Shown: positions 7,347 to 22,300 of the stretch, one piece after another
How positions within the stretch are numbered: position 1 is the stretch's first letter
How the letters are laid out: the number at the start of each line of letters is the position of its first letter
DNA from: Macrostomum lignano
Lineage: Eukaryota
Direction: 5' to 3'
Length of the DNA: 25,162 nt
Assembly (NCBI GenBank): GCA_002269645.1
Contig: NIVC01005137.1
Location: 1-25,162 of the forward strand
Notes under the pieces: model-generated
Database searches by the model: none
The model's input: only the letters and a program-made list of their open reading frames with translations
What the model was told of the DNA's origin: nothing
Position numbers and translations under genes: made by a program

Positions 7347-10300
7347 ATGATGCTGTGTTGTTTGAGCTGTAGAGATGATGCTGTGAGCTGTAGAGATGAT
7401 GCTGTGTTGTTTGAGCAGTAGAGATGATGCTGTGTTGTTTGAGCTGTAGAGATGATGCTGTGAGCTGTAGAGATGATGCTGTGTTGTTTGAGCAGTAGAG
7501 ATGATGCTGTGTTGTTTGAGCAGTAGAGATGATGCTGTGTTGTTTGAGCAGTAGAGATGATGTTGTGAGCTGTAGAGATGATGCTGTGAGCTGTAGAGAT
7601 GATGCTGTGAGCTGTAAAGATGATGCTGTGTTGTTTGAGCTGTAGAGATGATGCTGTTTGAGCTGTAGAGATGATGCTGTGTTGTTTGAGCTGTAGAGAT
7701 GATGCTGTTTGAGCTGTAGAGATGATGTTGTGTGAGCTGTAGAGATGATGCTGTGAGCTGTAGAGATGATGCTGTGTTGTTTGAGCAGTAGAGATGATGC
7801 TGTGTTGTTTGAGCAGTAAAGATGATGCTGTTTGAGCTGTAGAGATGTTGCTGTTTGAGCTGTAGAGATGATGCTGTGTTGTTTGAGCAGTAGAGATGAT
7901 GCTGTGTTGTTTGAGCAGTAGAGATGATGCTGTTTGAGCTGTAGAGATGATGCTGTGAGCTGTAGAGATGACGCTGTGAGCTGTAAAGATGATGCTGTGT
8001 TGTTTGAGCAGTAGAGATGATGCTGTTTGAGCTGTAGAGATGATGTTGTGAGCTGTAGAGATGATGCTGTGCTGTTTGAGCAGTAGAGATGATGCTGTGT
8101 GAGCTGTAGAGATGATGCTGTGAGCTGTAGAGATGACGCTGTGAGCTGTAGAGATTATGCTGTGAGCTGTAGAGATGATGCTGTGAGCTGTAGAGATGAT
8201 GCTGTTTAAGCTGTAGAGATGACGCTGTGAGCTGTATAGATGATGCAGTGAGAGCAGTAGAGATGATGCTGTGTTGTTTGAGCTGTAGAGATGATGCTGT
8301 TTGAGCTGTAGAGATGATGTTGTGAGCTGTAGAGATGATGCTGTGTTGTTTGAGCAGTAGAGATGATGCTGTTTGAGCTGTAGAGATGATGCTGTGAGCT
8401 GTAGAGATGACGCTGTGAGCTGTAGAGATGACGCTGTGAGCTGTAGAGATGATGCTGTGAGCTGTAGAGATGATGCTGTTTAAGCTGTAGAGACGACGCT
8501 GTGAGCTGTAGAGATGACGCTGTGAGCTGTAGAGATGATGCTGTGAGCTGTAGAGATGATGCTGTTTAAGCTGTAGAGATGACGCTGTGAGCTGTAGAGA
8601 TGACGCTGTGAGCTGTAGAGATGATGCTGTGAGCTGTAGAGATGACGCTGTGAGCTGTATAGATGATGCAGTGAAAGCTGTAGAGATGATGCTGTGTTGT
8701 TTGAGCTGTAAAGATGATGCTGTTTGAGCTGTAGAGATGATGTTGTGAGCTGTAGAGATGATGCTGTGTTGTTTGAGCTGTAGAGATGATGCTGTGTGAG
8801 CTGTAGAGATGATGCTGTGAGCTGTAGAGATGACGCTGTGAGCTGTAGAGATGATGCTGTGAGCTGTAGAGATGACGCTGTGAGCTGTATAGATGATGCA
8901 GTGAGAGCAGTAGAGATGATGCTGTGTTGTTTGAGCTGTAGAGATGATGCTGTGAGAGCTGTAGAGATGATGCTGCGTGAGCTGTAGAGATGATGCTGTG
9001 AGCTGTAGAAATAATGCTGTGAGCTGTAGAGATGATGCTGTGTTGTTTGAGCTGTAGAGATGATGCTGTGAGCTGTATTGATGATGCTGTAAGAACTGTA
9101 GAGATGATGTTGTGAGCTGTAAAGATGATGTTGTGTTGTGTGAGCTGTAGAGATGATGCTGTGAGCTGTAGAGATGATGCTGTGAGCTGTAGAGATGATG
9201 CCGTGAGCTGTATAGATGATGCAGTGAAAGCTGTAGAGATGATGCTGTGAGAGCTGTAGAGATGATGCTGTTTGAGCTGTAGAGATGACGCTGTGAGCTG
9301 TATAGATGATGCAGTGAGAGCTGCAGAGATAATGATGTGAGCTGTAGAGATGATGCTGTTTGAGCTGTAGAGATGATGCTGTGAGCTGTAGAGATGATGC
9401 TGTGAGCTGTAAAGATGATGCTGTGTTGTTTGAGCTGTAGAGATGATGCTGTTTGAGCTGTAGAGATGATGTTGTGAGCTGTAGAGATGATGCTGTGTTG
9501 TTTGAGCAGTAGAGATGATGCTGTTTGAGCTGTAGAGATGATGTTGTGAGCTGTAGAGATGATGCTGTGCTGTTTGAGCAGTAGAGATGATGCTGTGTGA
9601 GCTGTAGAGATGATGCTGTGAGCTGTAGAGATGACGCTGTGAGCTGTAGAGATGATGCTGTGAGCTGTAGAGATGATGCTGTGAGCTGTAGAGATGATGC
9701 TGTTTAAGCTGTAGAGATGACGCTGTGAGCTGTATAGATGATGCAGTGAGAGCAGTAGAGATGATGCTGTGTTGTTTGAGCTGTAGAGATGATGCTGTTT
9801 GAGCTGTAGAGATGATGTTGTGAGCTGTAGAGATGATGCTGTGTTGTTTGAGCAGTAGAGATGATGCTGTTTGAGCTGTAGAGATGATGCTGTGAGCTGT
9901 AGAGATGACGCTGTGAGCTGTAGAGATGACGCTGTGAGCTGTAGAGATGATGCTGTGAGCTGTAGAGATGATGCTGTTTAAGCTGTAGAGATGACGCTGT
10001 GAGCTGTAGAGATGACGCTGTGAGCTGTAGAGATGATGCTGTGAGCTGTAGAGATGATGCTGTTTAAGCTGTAGAGATGACGCTGTGAGCTGTAGAGATG
10101 ACGCTGTGAGCTGTAGAGATGATGCTGTGAGCAGTAGAGATGATGCTGTGTTGTTTGAGCAGTAAAGATGATGCTGTTTGAGCTGTAGAGATGATGCTGT
10201 TTGAGCTGTAGAGATGATGCTGTGTTGTTTGAGCAGTAGAGATGATGCTGTGTTGTTTGAGCAGTAGAGATGATGCTGTTTGAGCTGTAGAGATGATGCT

Positions 10301-13300
10301 GTGAGCTGTAGAGATGACGCTGTGAGCTGTAAAGATGATGCTGTGTTGTTTGAGCAGTAGAGATGATGCTGTTTGAGCTGTAGAGATGATGTTGTGAGCT
10401 GTAGAGATGATGCTGTGCTGTTTGAGCAGTAGAGATGATGCTGTGTGAGCTGTAGAGATGATGCTGTGAGCTGTAGAGATGACGCTGTGAGCTGTAGAGA
10501 TGATGCTGTGAGCTGTAGAGATGATGCTGTGAGCTGTAGAGATGATGCTGTTTAAGCTGTAGAGATGACGCTGTGAGCTGTATAGATGATGCAGTGAGAG
10601 CAGTAGAGATGATGCTGTGTTGTTTGAGCTGTAGAGATGATGCTGCGTGAGCTGTAGAGATGATGTTGTGAGCTGTAGAGATGATGCTGTGTTGTTTGAG
10701 CAGTAGAGATGATGCTGTTTGAGCTGTAGAGATGATGCTGTGAGCTGTAGAGATGACGCTGTGAGCTGTAGAGATGACGCTGTGAGCTGTAGAGATGATG
10801 CTGTGAGCTGTAGAGATGATGCTGTTTAAGCTGTAGAGACGACGCTGTGAGCTGTAGAGATGACGCTGTGAGCTGTAGAGATGATGCTGTGAGCTGTAGA
10901 GATGATGCTGTTTAAGCTGTAGAGATGACGCTGTGAGCTGTAGAGATGACGCTGTGAGCTGTAGAGATGATGCTGTGAGCTGTAGAGATGACGCTGTGAG
11001 CTGTATAGATGATGCAGTGAAAGCTGTAGAGATGATGCTGTGTTGTTTGAGCTGTAAAGATGATGCTGTTTGAGCTGTAGAGATGATGTTGTGAGCTGTA
11101 GAGATGATGCTGTGTTGTTTGAGCTGTAGAGATGATGCTGTGTGAGCTGTAGAGATGATGCTGTGAGCTGTAGAGATGACGCTGTGAGCTGTAGAGATGA
11201 TGCTGTGAGCTGTAGAGATGACGCTGTGAGCTGTATAGATGATGCAGTGAGAGCAGTAGAGATGATGCTGTGTTGTTTGAGCTGTAGAGATGATGCTGTG
11301 AGAGCTGTAGAGATGATGCTGCGTGAGCTGTAGAGATGATGCTGTGAGCTGTAGAAATAATGCTGTGAGCTGTAGAGATGATGCTGTGTTGTTTGAGCTG
11401 TAGAGATGATGCTGTGAGCTGTATTGATGATGCTGTAAGAACTGTAGAGATGATGTTGTGAGCTGTAAAGATGATGTTGTGTTGTGTGAGCTGTAGAGAT
11501 GATGCTGTGAGCTGTAGAGATGATGCTGTGAGCTGTAGAGATGATGCCGTGAGCTGTATAGATGATGCAGTGAAAGCTGTAGAGATGATGCTGTGAGAGC
11601 TGTAGAGATGATGCTGTTTGAGCTGTAGAGATGACGCTGTGAGCTGTATAGATGATGCAGTGAGAGCTGCAGAGATAATGATGTGAGCTGTAGAGATGAT
11701 GCTGTTTGAGCTGTAGAGATGATGCTGTGAGCTGTAGAGATGATGCTGTGAGCTGTAAAGATGATGCTGTGTTGTTTGAGCTGTAGAGATGATGCTGTTT
11801 GAGCTGTAGAGATGATGTTGTGAGCTGTAGAGATGATGCTGTGTTGTTTGAGCAGTAGAGATGATGCTGTTTGAGCTGTAGAGATGATGTTGTGAGCTGT
11901 AGAGATGATGCTGTGCTGTTTGAGCAGTAGAGATGATGCTGTGTGAGCTGTAGAGATGATGCTGTGAGCTGTAGAGATGACGCTGTGAGCTGTAGAAATG
12001 ATGCTGTGAGCTGTAGAGATGATGCTGTGAGCTGTAGAGATGATGCTGTTTAAGCTGTAGAGATGACGCTGTGAGCTGTATAGATGATGCAGTGAGAGCA
12101 GTAGAGATGATGCTGTGTTGTTGAGCTGTAGAGATGATGCTGTTTGAGCTGTAGAGATGATGTTGTGAGCTGTAGAGATGATGCTGTGTTGTTTGAGCAG
12201 TAGAGATGATGCTGTTTGAGCTGTAGAGATGATGCTGTGAGCTGTAGAGATGACGCTGTGAGCTGTAGAGATGACGCTGTGAGCTGTAGAGATGATGCTG
12301 TGAGCTGTAGAGATGATGCTGTTTAAGCTGTAGAGATGACGCTGTGAGCTGTAGAGATGACGCTGTGAGCTGTAGAGATGATGCTGTGAGCTGTAGAGAT
12401 GATGCTGTTTAAGCTGTAGAGATGACGCTGTGAGCTGTAGAGATGACGCTGTGAGCTGTAGAGATGATGCTGTGAGCTGTAGAGATGACGCTGTGAGCTG
12501 TATAGATGATGCAGTGAAAGCTGTAGAGATGATGCTGTGTTGTTTGAGCTGTAGAGATGATGCTGTGTTGTTTGAGCTGTAGAGATGATGCTGTTTGAGC
12601 TGTAGAGATGATGTTGTGAGCTGTAGAGATGATGCTGTGTTGTTTGAGCTGTAGAGATGATGCTGTGTGAGCTGTAGAGATGATGCTGTGAGCTGTAGAG
12701 ATGACGCTGTGAGCTGTAGAGATGATGCTGTGAGCTGTAGAGATGACGCTGTGAGCTGTATAGATGATGCAGTGAGAGCAGTAGAGATGATGCTGTGTTG
12801 TTTGAGCTGTAGAGATGATGCTGTGAGAGCTGTAGAGATGATGCTGCGTGAGCTGTAGAGATGATGCTGTGAGCTGTAGAAATAATGCTGTGAGCTGTAG
12901 AGATGATGCTGTGTTGTTTGAGCTGTAGAGATGATGCTGTGAGCTGTATTGATGATGCTGTAAGAACTGTAGAGATGATGTTGTGAGCTGTAAAGATGAT
13001 GTTGTGTTGTGTGAGCTGTAGAGATGATGCTGTGAGCTGTAGAGATGATGCTGTGAGCTGTAGAGATGATGCCGTGAGCTGTATAGATGATGCAGTGAAA
13101 GCTGTAGAGATGATGCTGTGAGAGCTGTAGAGATGATGCTGTTTGAGCTGTAGAGATGACGCTGTGAGCTGTATAGATGATGCAGTGAGAGCTGCAGAGA
13201 TAATGATGTGAGCTGTAGAGATGATGCTGTTTGAGCTGTAGAGATGATGCTGTGAGCTGTAGAGATGATGCTGTGAGCTGTAAAGATGATGCTGTGTTGT

Positions 13301-16300
13301 TTGAGCAGTAGAGATGATGCTGTTTGAGCTGTAGAGATGATGTTGTGAGCTGTAGAGATGATGCTGTGCTGTTTGAGCAGTAGAGATGATGCTGTGTGAG
13401 CTGTAGAGATGATGCTGTGAGCTGTAGAGATGACGCTGTGAGCTGTAGAGATGATGCTGTGAGCTGTAGAGATGATGCTGTGAGCTGTAGAGATGATGCT
13501 GTTTAAGCTGTAGAGATGACGCTGTGAGCTGTATAGATGATGCAGTGAGAGCAGTAGAGATGATGCTGTGTTGTTTGAGCTGTAGAGATGATGCTGTTTG
13601 AGCTGTAGAGATGATGTTGTGAGCTGTAGAGATGATGCTGTGTTGTTTGAGCAGTAGAGATGATGCTGTTTGAGCTGTAGAGATGATGCTGTGAGCTGTA
13701 GAGATGACGCTGTGAGCTGTAGAGATGACGCTGTGAGCTGTAGAGATGATGCTGTGAGCTGTAGAGATGATGCTGTTTAAGCTGTAGAGATGACGCTGTG
13801 AGCTGTAGAGATGACGCTGTGAGCTGTAGAGATGATGCTGTGAGCTGTAGAGATGATGCTGTTTAAGCTGTAGAGATGACGCTGTGAGCTGTAGAGATGA
13901 CGCTGTGAGCTGCAGAGATGATGCTGTGAGCTGTAGAGATGACGCTGTGAGCTGTATAGATGATGCAGTGAAAGCTGTAGAGATGATGCTGTGTTGTTTG
14001 AGCTGTAGAGATGATGCTGTTTGAGCTGTAGAGATGATGTTGTGAGCTGTAGAGATGATGCTGTGTTGTTTGAGCTGTAGAGATGATGCTGTGTGAGCTG
14101 TAGAGATGATGCTGTGAGCTGTAGAGATGACGCTGTGAGCTGTAGAGATGATGCTGTGAGCTGTAGAGATGACGCTGTGAGCTGTAGAGATGATGCTGTG
14201 AGCTGTAGAGATGACGCTGTGAGCTGTATAGATGATGCAGTGAAAGCTGTAGAGATGATGCTGTGTTGTTTGAGCAGTAGAGATGATGCTGTTTGAGCTG
14301 TAGAGATGATGCTGTGAGCTGTAGAGATGACGCTGTGAGCTGTAGAGATGACGCTGTGAGCTGTAGAGATGATGCTGTGAGCTGTAGAGATGATGCTGTT
14401 TAAGCTGTAGAGATGACGCTGTGAGCTGTAGAGATGACGCTGTGAGCTGTAGAGATGATGCTGTGAGCTGTAGAGATGATGCTGTTTAAGCTGTAGAGAT
14501 GACGCTGTGAGCTGTAGAGATGACGCTGTGAGCTGTAGAGATGATGCTGTGAGCAGTAGAGATGATGCTGTGTTGTTTGAGCAGTAAGATGATGCTGTTT
14601 GAGCTGTAGAGATGATGCTGTTTGAGCTGTAGAGATGATGCTGTGTTGTTTGAGCAGTAGAGATGATGCTGTGTTGTTTGAGCAGTAGAGATGATGCTGT
14701 TTGAGCTGTAGAGATGATGCTGTGAGCTGTAGAGATGACGCTGTGAGCTGTAAGATGATGCTGTGTTGTTTGAGCAGTAGAGATGATGCTGTTTGAGCTG
14801 TAGAGATGATGTTGTGAGCTGTAGAGATGATGCTGTGCTGTTTGAGCAGTAGAGATGATGCTGTGTGAGCTGTAGAGATGATGCTGTGAGCTGTAGAGAT
14901 GACGCTGTGAGCTGTAGAGATGATGCTGTGAGCTGTAGAGATGATGCTGTGAGCTGTAGAGATGATGCTGTTTAAGCTGTAGAGATGACGCTGTGAGCTG
15001 TATAGATGATGCAGTGAGAGCAGTAGAGATGATGCTGTGTTGTTTGAGCTGTAGAGATGATGCTGTTTGAGCTGTAGAGATGATGTTGTGAGCTGTAGAG
15101 ATGATGCTGTGTTGTTTGAGCAGTAGAGATGATGCTGTTTGAGCTGTAGAGATGATGCTGTGAGCTGTAGAGATGACGCTGTGAGCTGTAGAGATGACGC
15201 TGTGAGCTGTAGAGATGATGCTGTGAGCTGTAGAGATGATGCTGTTTAAGCTGTAGAGACGACGCTGTGAGCTGTAGAGATGACGCTGTGAGCTGTAGAG
15301 ATGATGCTGTGAGCTGTAGAGATGATGCTGTTTAAGCTGTAGAGATGACGCTGTGAGCTGTAGAGATGACGCTGTGAGCTGTAGAGATGATGCTGTGAGC
15401 TGTAGAGATGACGCTGTGAGCTGTATAGATGATGCAGTGAAAGCTGTAGAGATGATGCTGTGTTGTTTGAGCTGTAAAGATGATGCTGTTTGAGCTGTAG
15501 AGATGATGTTGTGAGCTGTAGAGATGATGCTGTGTTGTTTGAGCTGTAGAGATGATGCTGTGTGAGCTGTAGAGATGATGCTGTGAGCTGTAGAGATGAC
15601 GCTGTGAGCTGTAGAGATGATGCTGTGAGCTGTAGAGATGACGCTGTGAGCTGTATAGATGATGCAGTGAGAGCAGTAGAGATGATGCTGTGTTGTTTGA
15701 GCTGTAGAGATGATGCTGTGAGAGCTGTAGAGATGATGCTGCGTGAGCTGTAGAGATGATGCTGTGAGCTGTAGAATAATGCTGTGAGCTGTAGAGATGA
15801 TGCTGTGTTGTTTGAGCTGTAGAGATGATGCTGTGAGCTGTATTGATGATGCTGTAAGAACTGTAGAGATGATGTTGTGAGCTGTAAAGATGATGTTGTG
15901 TTGTGTGAGCTGTAGAGATGATGCTGTGAGCTGTAGAGATGATGCTGTGAGCTGTAGAGATGATGCCGTGAGCTGTATAGATGATGCAGTGAAAGCTGTA
16001 GAGATGATGCTGTGAGAGCTGTAGAGATGATGCTGTTTGAGCTGTAGAGATGACGCTGTGAGCTGTATAGATGATGCAGTGAGAGCTGCAGAGATAATGA
16101 TGTGAGCTGTAGAGATGATGCTGTTTGAGCTGTAGAGATGATGCTGTGAGCTGTAGAGATGATGCTGTGAGCTGTAAAGATGATGCTGTGTTGTTTGAGC
16201 TGTAGAGATGATGCTGTTTGAGCTGTAGAGATGATGTTGTGAGCTGTAGAGATGATGCTGTGTTGTTTGAGCAGTAGAGATGATGCTGTTTGAGCTGTAG

Positions 16301-19300
16301 AGATGATGTTGTGAGCTGTAGAGATGATGCTGTGCTGTTTGAGCAGTAGAGATGATGCTGTGTGAGCTGTAGAGATGATGCTGTGAGCTGTAGAGATGAC
16401 GCTGTGAGCTGTAGAGATGATGCTGTGAGCTGTAGAGATGATGCTGTGAGCTGTAGAGATGATGCTGTTTAAGCTGTAGAGATGACGCTGTGAGCTGTAT
16501 AGATGATGCAGTGAGAGCAGTAGAGATGATGCTGTGTTGTTTGAGCTGTAGAGATGATGCTGTTTGAGCTGTAGAGATGATGTTGTGAGCTGTAGAGATG
16601 ATGCTGTGTTGTTTGAGCAGTAGAGATGATGCTGTTTGAGCTGTAGAGATGATGCTGTGAGCTGTAGAGATGACGCTGTGAGCTGTAGAGATGACGCTGT
16701 GAGCTGTAGAGATGATGCTGTGAGCTGTAGAGATGATGCTGTTTAAGCTGTAGAGATGACGCTGTGAGCTGTAGAGATGACGCTGTGAGCTGTAGAGATG
16801 ATGCTGTGAGCTGTAGAGATGATGCTGTTTAAGCTGTAGAGATGACGCTGTGAGCTGTAGAGATGACGCTGTGAGCTGTAGAGATGATGCTGTGAGCAGT
16901 AGAGATGATGCTGTGTTGTTTGAGCAGTAAAGATGATGCTGTTTGAGCTGTAGAGATGATGCTGTTTGAGCTGTAGAGATGATGCTGTGTTGTTTGAGCA
17001 GTAGAGATGATGCTGTGTTGTTTGAGCAGTAGAGATGATGCTGTTTGAGCTGTAGAGATGATGCTGTGAGCTGTAGAGATGACGCTGTGAGCTGTAAGAT
17101 GATGCTGTGTTGTTTGAGCAGTAGAGATGATGCTGTTTGAGCTGTAGAGATGATGTTGTGAGCTGTAGAGATGATGCTGTGCTGTTTGAGCAGTAGAGAT
17201 GATGCTGTGTGAGCTGTAGAGATGATGCTGTGAGCTGTAGAGATGACGCTGTGAGCTGTAGAGATGATGCTGTGAGCTGTAGAGATGATGCTGTGAGCTG
17301 TAGAGATGATGCTGTTTAAGCTGTAGAGATGACGCTGTGAGCTGTATAGATGATGCAGTGAGAGCAGTAGAGATGATGCTGTGTTGTTTGAGCTGTAGAG
17401 ATGATGCTGTTTGAGCTGTAGAGATGATGTTGTGAGCTGTAGAGATGATGCTGTGTTGTTTGAGCAGTAGAGATGATGCTGTTTGAGCTGTAGAGATGAT
17501 GCTGTGAGCTGTAGAGATGACGCTGTGAGCTGTAGAGATGACGCTGTGAGCTGTAGAGATGATGCTGTGAGCTGTAGAGATGATGCTGTTTAAGCTGTAG
17601 AGACGACGCTGTGAGCTGTAGAGATGACGCTGTGAGCTGTAGAGATGATGCTGTGAGCTGTAGAGATGATGCTGTGAGCTGTAGAGATGACGCTGTGAGC
17701 TGTAGAGATGACGCTGTGAGCTGTAGAGATGATGCTGTGAGCTGTAGAGATGACGCTGTGAGCTGTATAGATGATGCAGTGAAAGCTGTAGAGATGATGC
17801 TGTGTTGTTTGAGCTGTAAGATGATGCTGTTTGAGCTGTAGAGATGATGTTGTGAGCTGTAGAGATGATGCTGTGTTGTTTGAGCTGTAGAGATGATGCT
17901 GTGTGAGCTGTAGAGATGATGCTGTGAGCTGTAGAGATGACGCTGTGAGCTGTAGAGATGATGCTGTGAGCTGTAGAGATGACGCTGTGAGCTGTATAGA
18001 TGATGCAGTGAGAGCAGTAGAGATGATGCTGTGTTGTTTGAGCTGTAGAGATGATGCTGTGAGAGCTGTAGAGATGATGCTGCGTGAGCTGTAGAGATGA
18101 TGCTGTGAGCTGTAGAAATAATGCTGTGAGCTGTAGAGATGATGCTGTGTTGTTTGAGCTGTAGAGATGATGCTGTGAGCTGTATTGATGATGCTGTAAG
18201 AACTGTAGAGATGATGTTGTGAGCTGTAAGATGATGTTGTGTTGTGTGAGCTGTAGAGATGATGCTGTGAGCTGTAGAGATGATGCTGTGAGCTGTAGAG
18301 ATGATGCGTGAGCTGTATAGATGATGCAGTGAAAGCTGTAGAGATGATGCTGTGAGAGCTGTAGAGATGATGCTGTTTGAGCTGTAGAGATGACGCTGTG
18401 AGCTGTATAGATGATGCAGTGAGAGCTGCAGAGATAATGATGTGAGCTGTAGAGATGATGCTGTTTGAGCTGTAGAGATGATGCTGTGAGCTGTAGAGAT
18501 GATGCTGTGAGCTGTAAAGATGATGCTGTGTTGTTTGAGCTGTAGAGATGATGCTGTTTGAGCTGTAGAGATGATGTTGTGAGCTGTAGAGATGATGCTG
18601 TGTTGTTTGAGCAGTAGAGATGATGCTGTTTGAGCTGTAGAGATGATGTTGTGAGCTGTAGAGATGATGCTGTGCTGTTTGAGCAGTAGAGATGATGCTG
18701 TGTGAGCTGTAGAGATGATGCTGTGAGCTGTAGAGATGACGCTGTGAGCTGTAGAAATGATGCTGTGAGCTGTAGAGATGATGCTGTGAGCTGTAGAGAT
18801 GATGCTGTTTAAGCTGTAGAGATGACGCTGTGAGCTGTATAGATGATGCAGTGAGAGCAGTAGAGATGATGCTGTGTTGTTTGAGCTGTAGAGATGATGC
18901 TGTTTGAGCTGTAGAGATGATGTTGTGAGCTGTAGAGATGATGCTGTGTTGTTTGAGCAGTAGAGATGATGCTGTTTGAGCTGTAGAGATGATGCTGTGA
19001 GCTGTAGAGATGACGCTGTGAGCTGTAGAGATGACGCTGTGAGCTGTAGAGATGATGCTGTGAGCTGTAGAGATGATGCTGTTTAAGCTGTAGAGATGAC
19101 GCTGTGAGCTGTAGAGATGACGCTGTGAGCTGTAGAGATGATGCTGTGAGCTGTAGAGATGATGCTGTTTAAGCTGTAGAGATAACGCTGTGAGCTGTAG
19201 AGATGACGCTGTGAGCTGTAGAGATGATGCTGTGAGCTGTAGAGATGACGCTGTGAGCTGTATAGATGATGCAGTGAAAGCTGTAGAGATGATGCTGTGT

Positions 19301-22300
19301 TGTTTGAGCTGTAGAGATGATGCTGTGTTGTTTGAGCTGTAGAGATGATGCTGTTTGAGCTGTAGAGATGATGTTGTGAGCTGTAGAGATGATGCTGTGT
19401 TGTTTGAGCTGTAGAGATGATGCTGTGTGAGCTGTAGAGATGATGCTGTGAGCTGTAGAGATGACGCTGTGAGCTGTAGAGATGATGCTGTGAGCTGTAG
19501 AGATGACGCTGTGAGCTGTATAGATGATGCAGTGAGAGCAGTAGAGATGATGCTGTGTTGTTTGAGCTGTAGAGATGATGCTGTGAGAGCTGTAGAGATG
19601 ATGCTGCGTGAGCTGTAGAGATGATGCTGTGAGCTGTAGAAATAATGCTGTGAGCTGTAGAGATGATGCTGTGTTGTTTGAGCTGTAGAGATGATGCTGT
19701 GAGCTGTATTGATGATGCTGTAAGAACTGTAGAGATGATGTTGTGAGCTGTAAAGATGATGTTGTGTTGTGTGAGCTGTAGAGATGATGCTGTGAGCTGT
19801 AGAGATGATGCTGTGAGCTGTAGAGATGATGCGTGAGCTGTATAGATGATGCAGTGAAAGCTGTAGAGATGATGCTGTGAGAGCTGTAGAGATGATGCTG
19901 TTTGAGCTGTAGAGATGACGCTGTGAGCTGTATAGATGATGCAGTGAGAGCTGCAGAGATAATGATGTGAGCTGTAGAGATGATGCTGTTTGAGCTGTAG
20001 AGATGATGCTGTGAGCTGTAGAGATGATGCTGTGAGCTGTAAAGATGATGCTGTGTTGTTTGAGCAGTAGAGATGATGCTGTTTGAGCTGTAGAGATGAT
20101 GTTGTGAGCTGTAGAGATGATGCTGTGCTGTTTGAGCAGTAGAGATGATGCTGTGTGAGCTGTAGAGATGATGCTGTGAGCTGTAGAGATGACGCTGTGA
20201 GCTGTAGAGATGATGCTGTGAGCTGTAGAGATGATGCTGTGAGCTGTAGAGATGATGCTGTTTAAGCTGTAGAGATGACGCTGTGAGCTGTATAGATGAT
20301 GCAGTGAGAGCAGTAGAGATGATGCTGTGTTGTTTGAGCTGTAGAGATGATGCTGTTTGAGCTGTAGAGATGATGTTGTGAGCTGTAGAGATGATGCTGT
20401 GTTGTTTGAGCAGTAGAGATGATGCTGTTTGAGCTGTAGAGATGATGCTGTGAGCTGTAGAGATGACGCTGTGAGCTGTAGAGATGACGCTGTGAGCTGT
20501 AGAGATGATGCTGTGAGCTGTAGAGATGATGCTGTTTAAGCTGTAGAGATGACGCTGTGAGCTGTAGAGATGACGCTGTGAGCTGTAGAGATGATGCTGT
20601 GAGCTGTAGAGATGATGCTGTTTAAGCTGTAGAGATGACGCTGTGAGCTGTAGAGATGACGCTGTGAGCTGCAGAGATGATGCTGTGAGCTGTAGAGATG
20701 ACGCTGTGAGCTGTATAGATGATGCAGTGAAAGCTGTAGAGATGATGCTGTGTTGTTTGAGCTGTAGAGATGATGCTGTTTGAGCTGTAGAGATGATGTT
20801 GTGAGCTGTAGAGATGATGCTGTGTTGTTTGAGCTGTAGAGATGATGCTGTGTGAGCTGTAGAGATGATGCTGTGAGCTGTAGAGATGACGCTGTGAGCT
20901 GTAGAGATGATGCTGTGAGCTGTAGAGATGACGCTGTGAGCTGTAGAGATGATGCTGTGAGCTGTAGAGATGACGCTGTGAGCTGTATAGATGATGCAGT
21001 GAAAGCTGTAGAGATGATGCTGTGTTGTTTGAGCTGTAGAGATGATGCTGTTTGAGCTGTAGAGATGATGTTGTGAGCTGTAGAGATGATGCTGTGTTGT
21101 TTGAGCTGTAGAGATGATGCTGTGTGAGCTGTAGAGATGATGCTGTGAGCTGTAGAGATGACGCTGTGAGCTGTAGAGATGATGCTGTGAGCTGTAGAGA
21201 TGACGCTGTGAGCTGTATAGATGATGCAGTGAGAGCAGTAGAGATGATGCTGTGTTGTTTGAGCTGTAGAGATGATGCTGTGAGAGCTGTAGAGATGATG
21301 CTGCGTGAGCTGTAGAGATGATGCTGTGAGCTGTAGAAATAATGCTGTGAGCTGTAGAGATGATGCTGTGTTGTTTGAGCAGTAGAGATGATGCTGTGAG
21401 CTGTAGAGATGACGCTGTGAGCTGTAGAGATGATGCTGTGAGCTGTAGAGATGATGCTGTTTAAGCTGTAGAGATGACGCTGTGAGCTGTAGAGATGACG
21501 CTGTGAGCTGTAGAGATGATGCTGTGAGCTGTAGAGATGACGCTGTGAGCTGTATAGATGATGCAGTGAAAGCTGTAGAGATGATGCTGTGTTGTTTGAG
21601 CTGTAAAGATGATGCTGTTTGAGCTGTAGAGATGATGTTGTGAGCTGTAGAGATGATGCTGTGTTGTTTGAGCTGTAGAGATGATGCTGTGTGAGCTGTA
21701 GAGATGATGCTGTGAGCTGTAGAGATGACGCTGTGAGCTGTAGAGATGATGCTGTGAGCTGTAGAGATGACGCTGTGAGCTGTATAGATGATGCAGTGAG
21801 AGCAGTAGAGATGATGCTGTGTTGTTTGAGCTGTAGAGATGATGCTGTGAGAGCTGTAGAGATGATGCTGCGTGAGCTGTAGAGATGATGCTGTGAGCTG
21901 TAGAAATAATGCTGTGAGCTGTAGAGATGATGCTGTGTTGTTTGAGCTGTAGAGATGATGCTGTGAGCTGTATTGATGATGCTGTAAGAACTGTAGAGAT
22001 GATGTTGTGAGCTGTAGAGATGATGTTGTGTTGTGTGAGCTGTAGAGATGATGCTGTGAGCTGTAGAGATGATGCTGTGAGCTGTAGAGATGATGCCGTG
22101 AGCTGTATAGATGATGCAGTGAAAGCTGTAGAGATGATGCTGTGAGAGCTGTAGAGATGATGCTGTTTGAGCTGTAGAGATGACGCTGTGAGCTGTATAG
22201 ATGATGCAGTGAGAGCTGTAGAGATAATGATGTGAGCTGTAGAGATGATGCTGTGAGCTGTAGAGATGATGCTGTGAGCTGTAGAGATGATGCTGTGTTG

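Noticed and set aside
8796-21882. Recurrent MSCRDDAVS... ORFs on the + strand
   Set aside because: These are translations of the 21-bp monomer beginning at GTG within the repeat; they are useful only as HOR markers.
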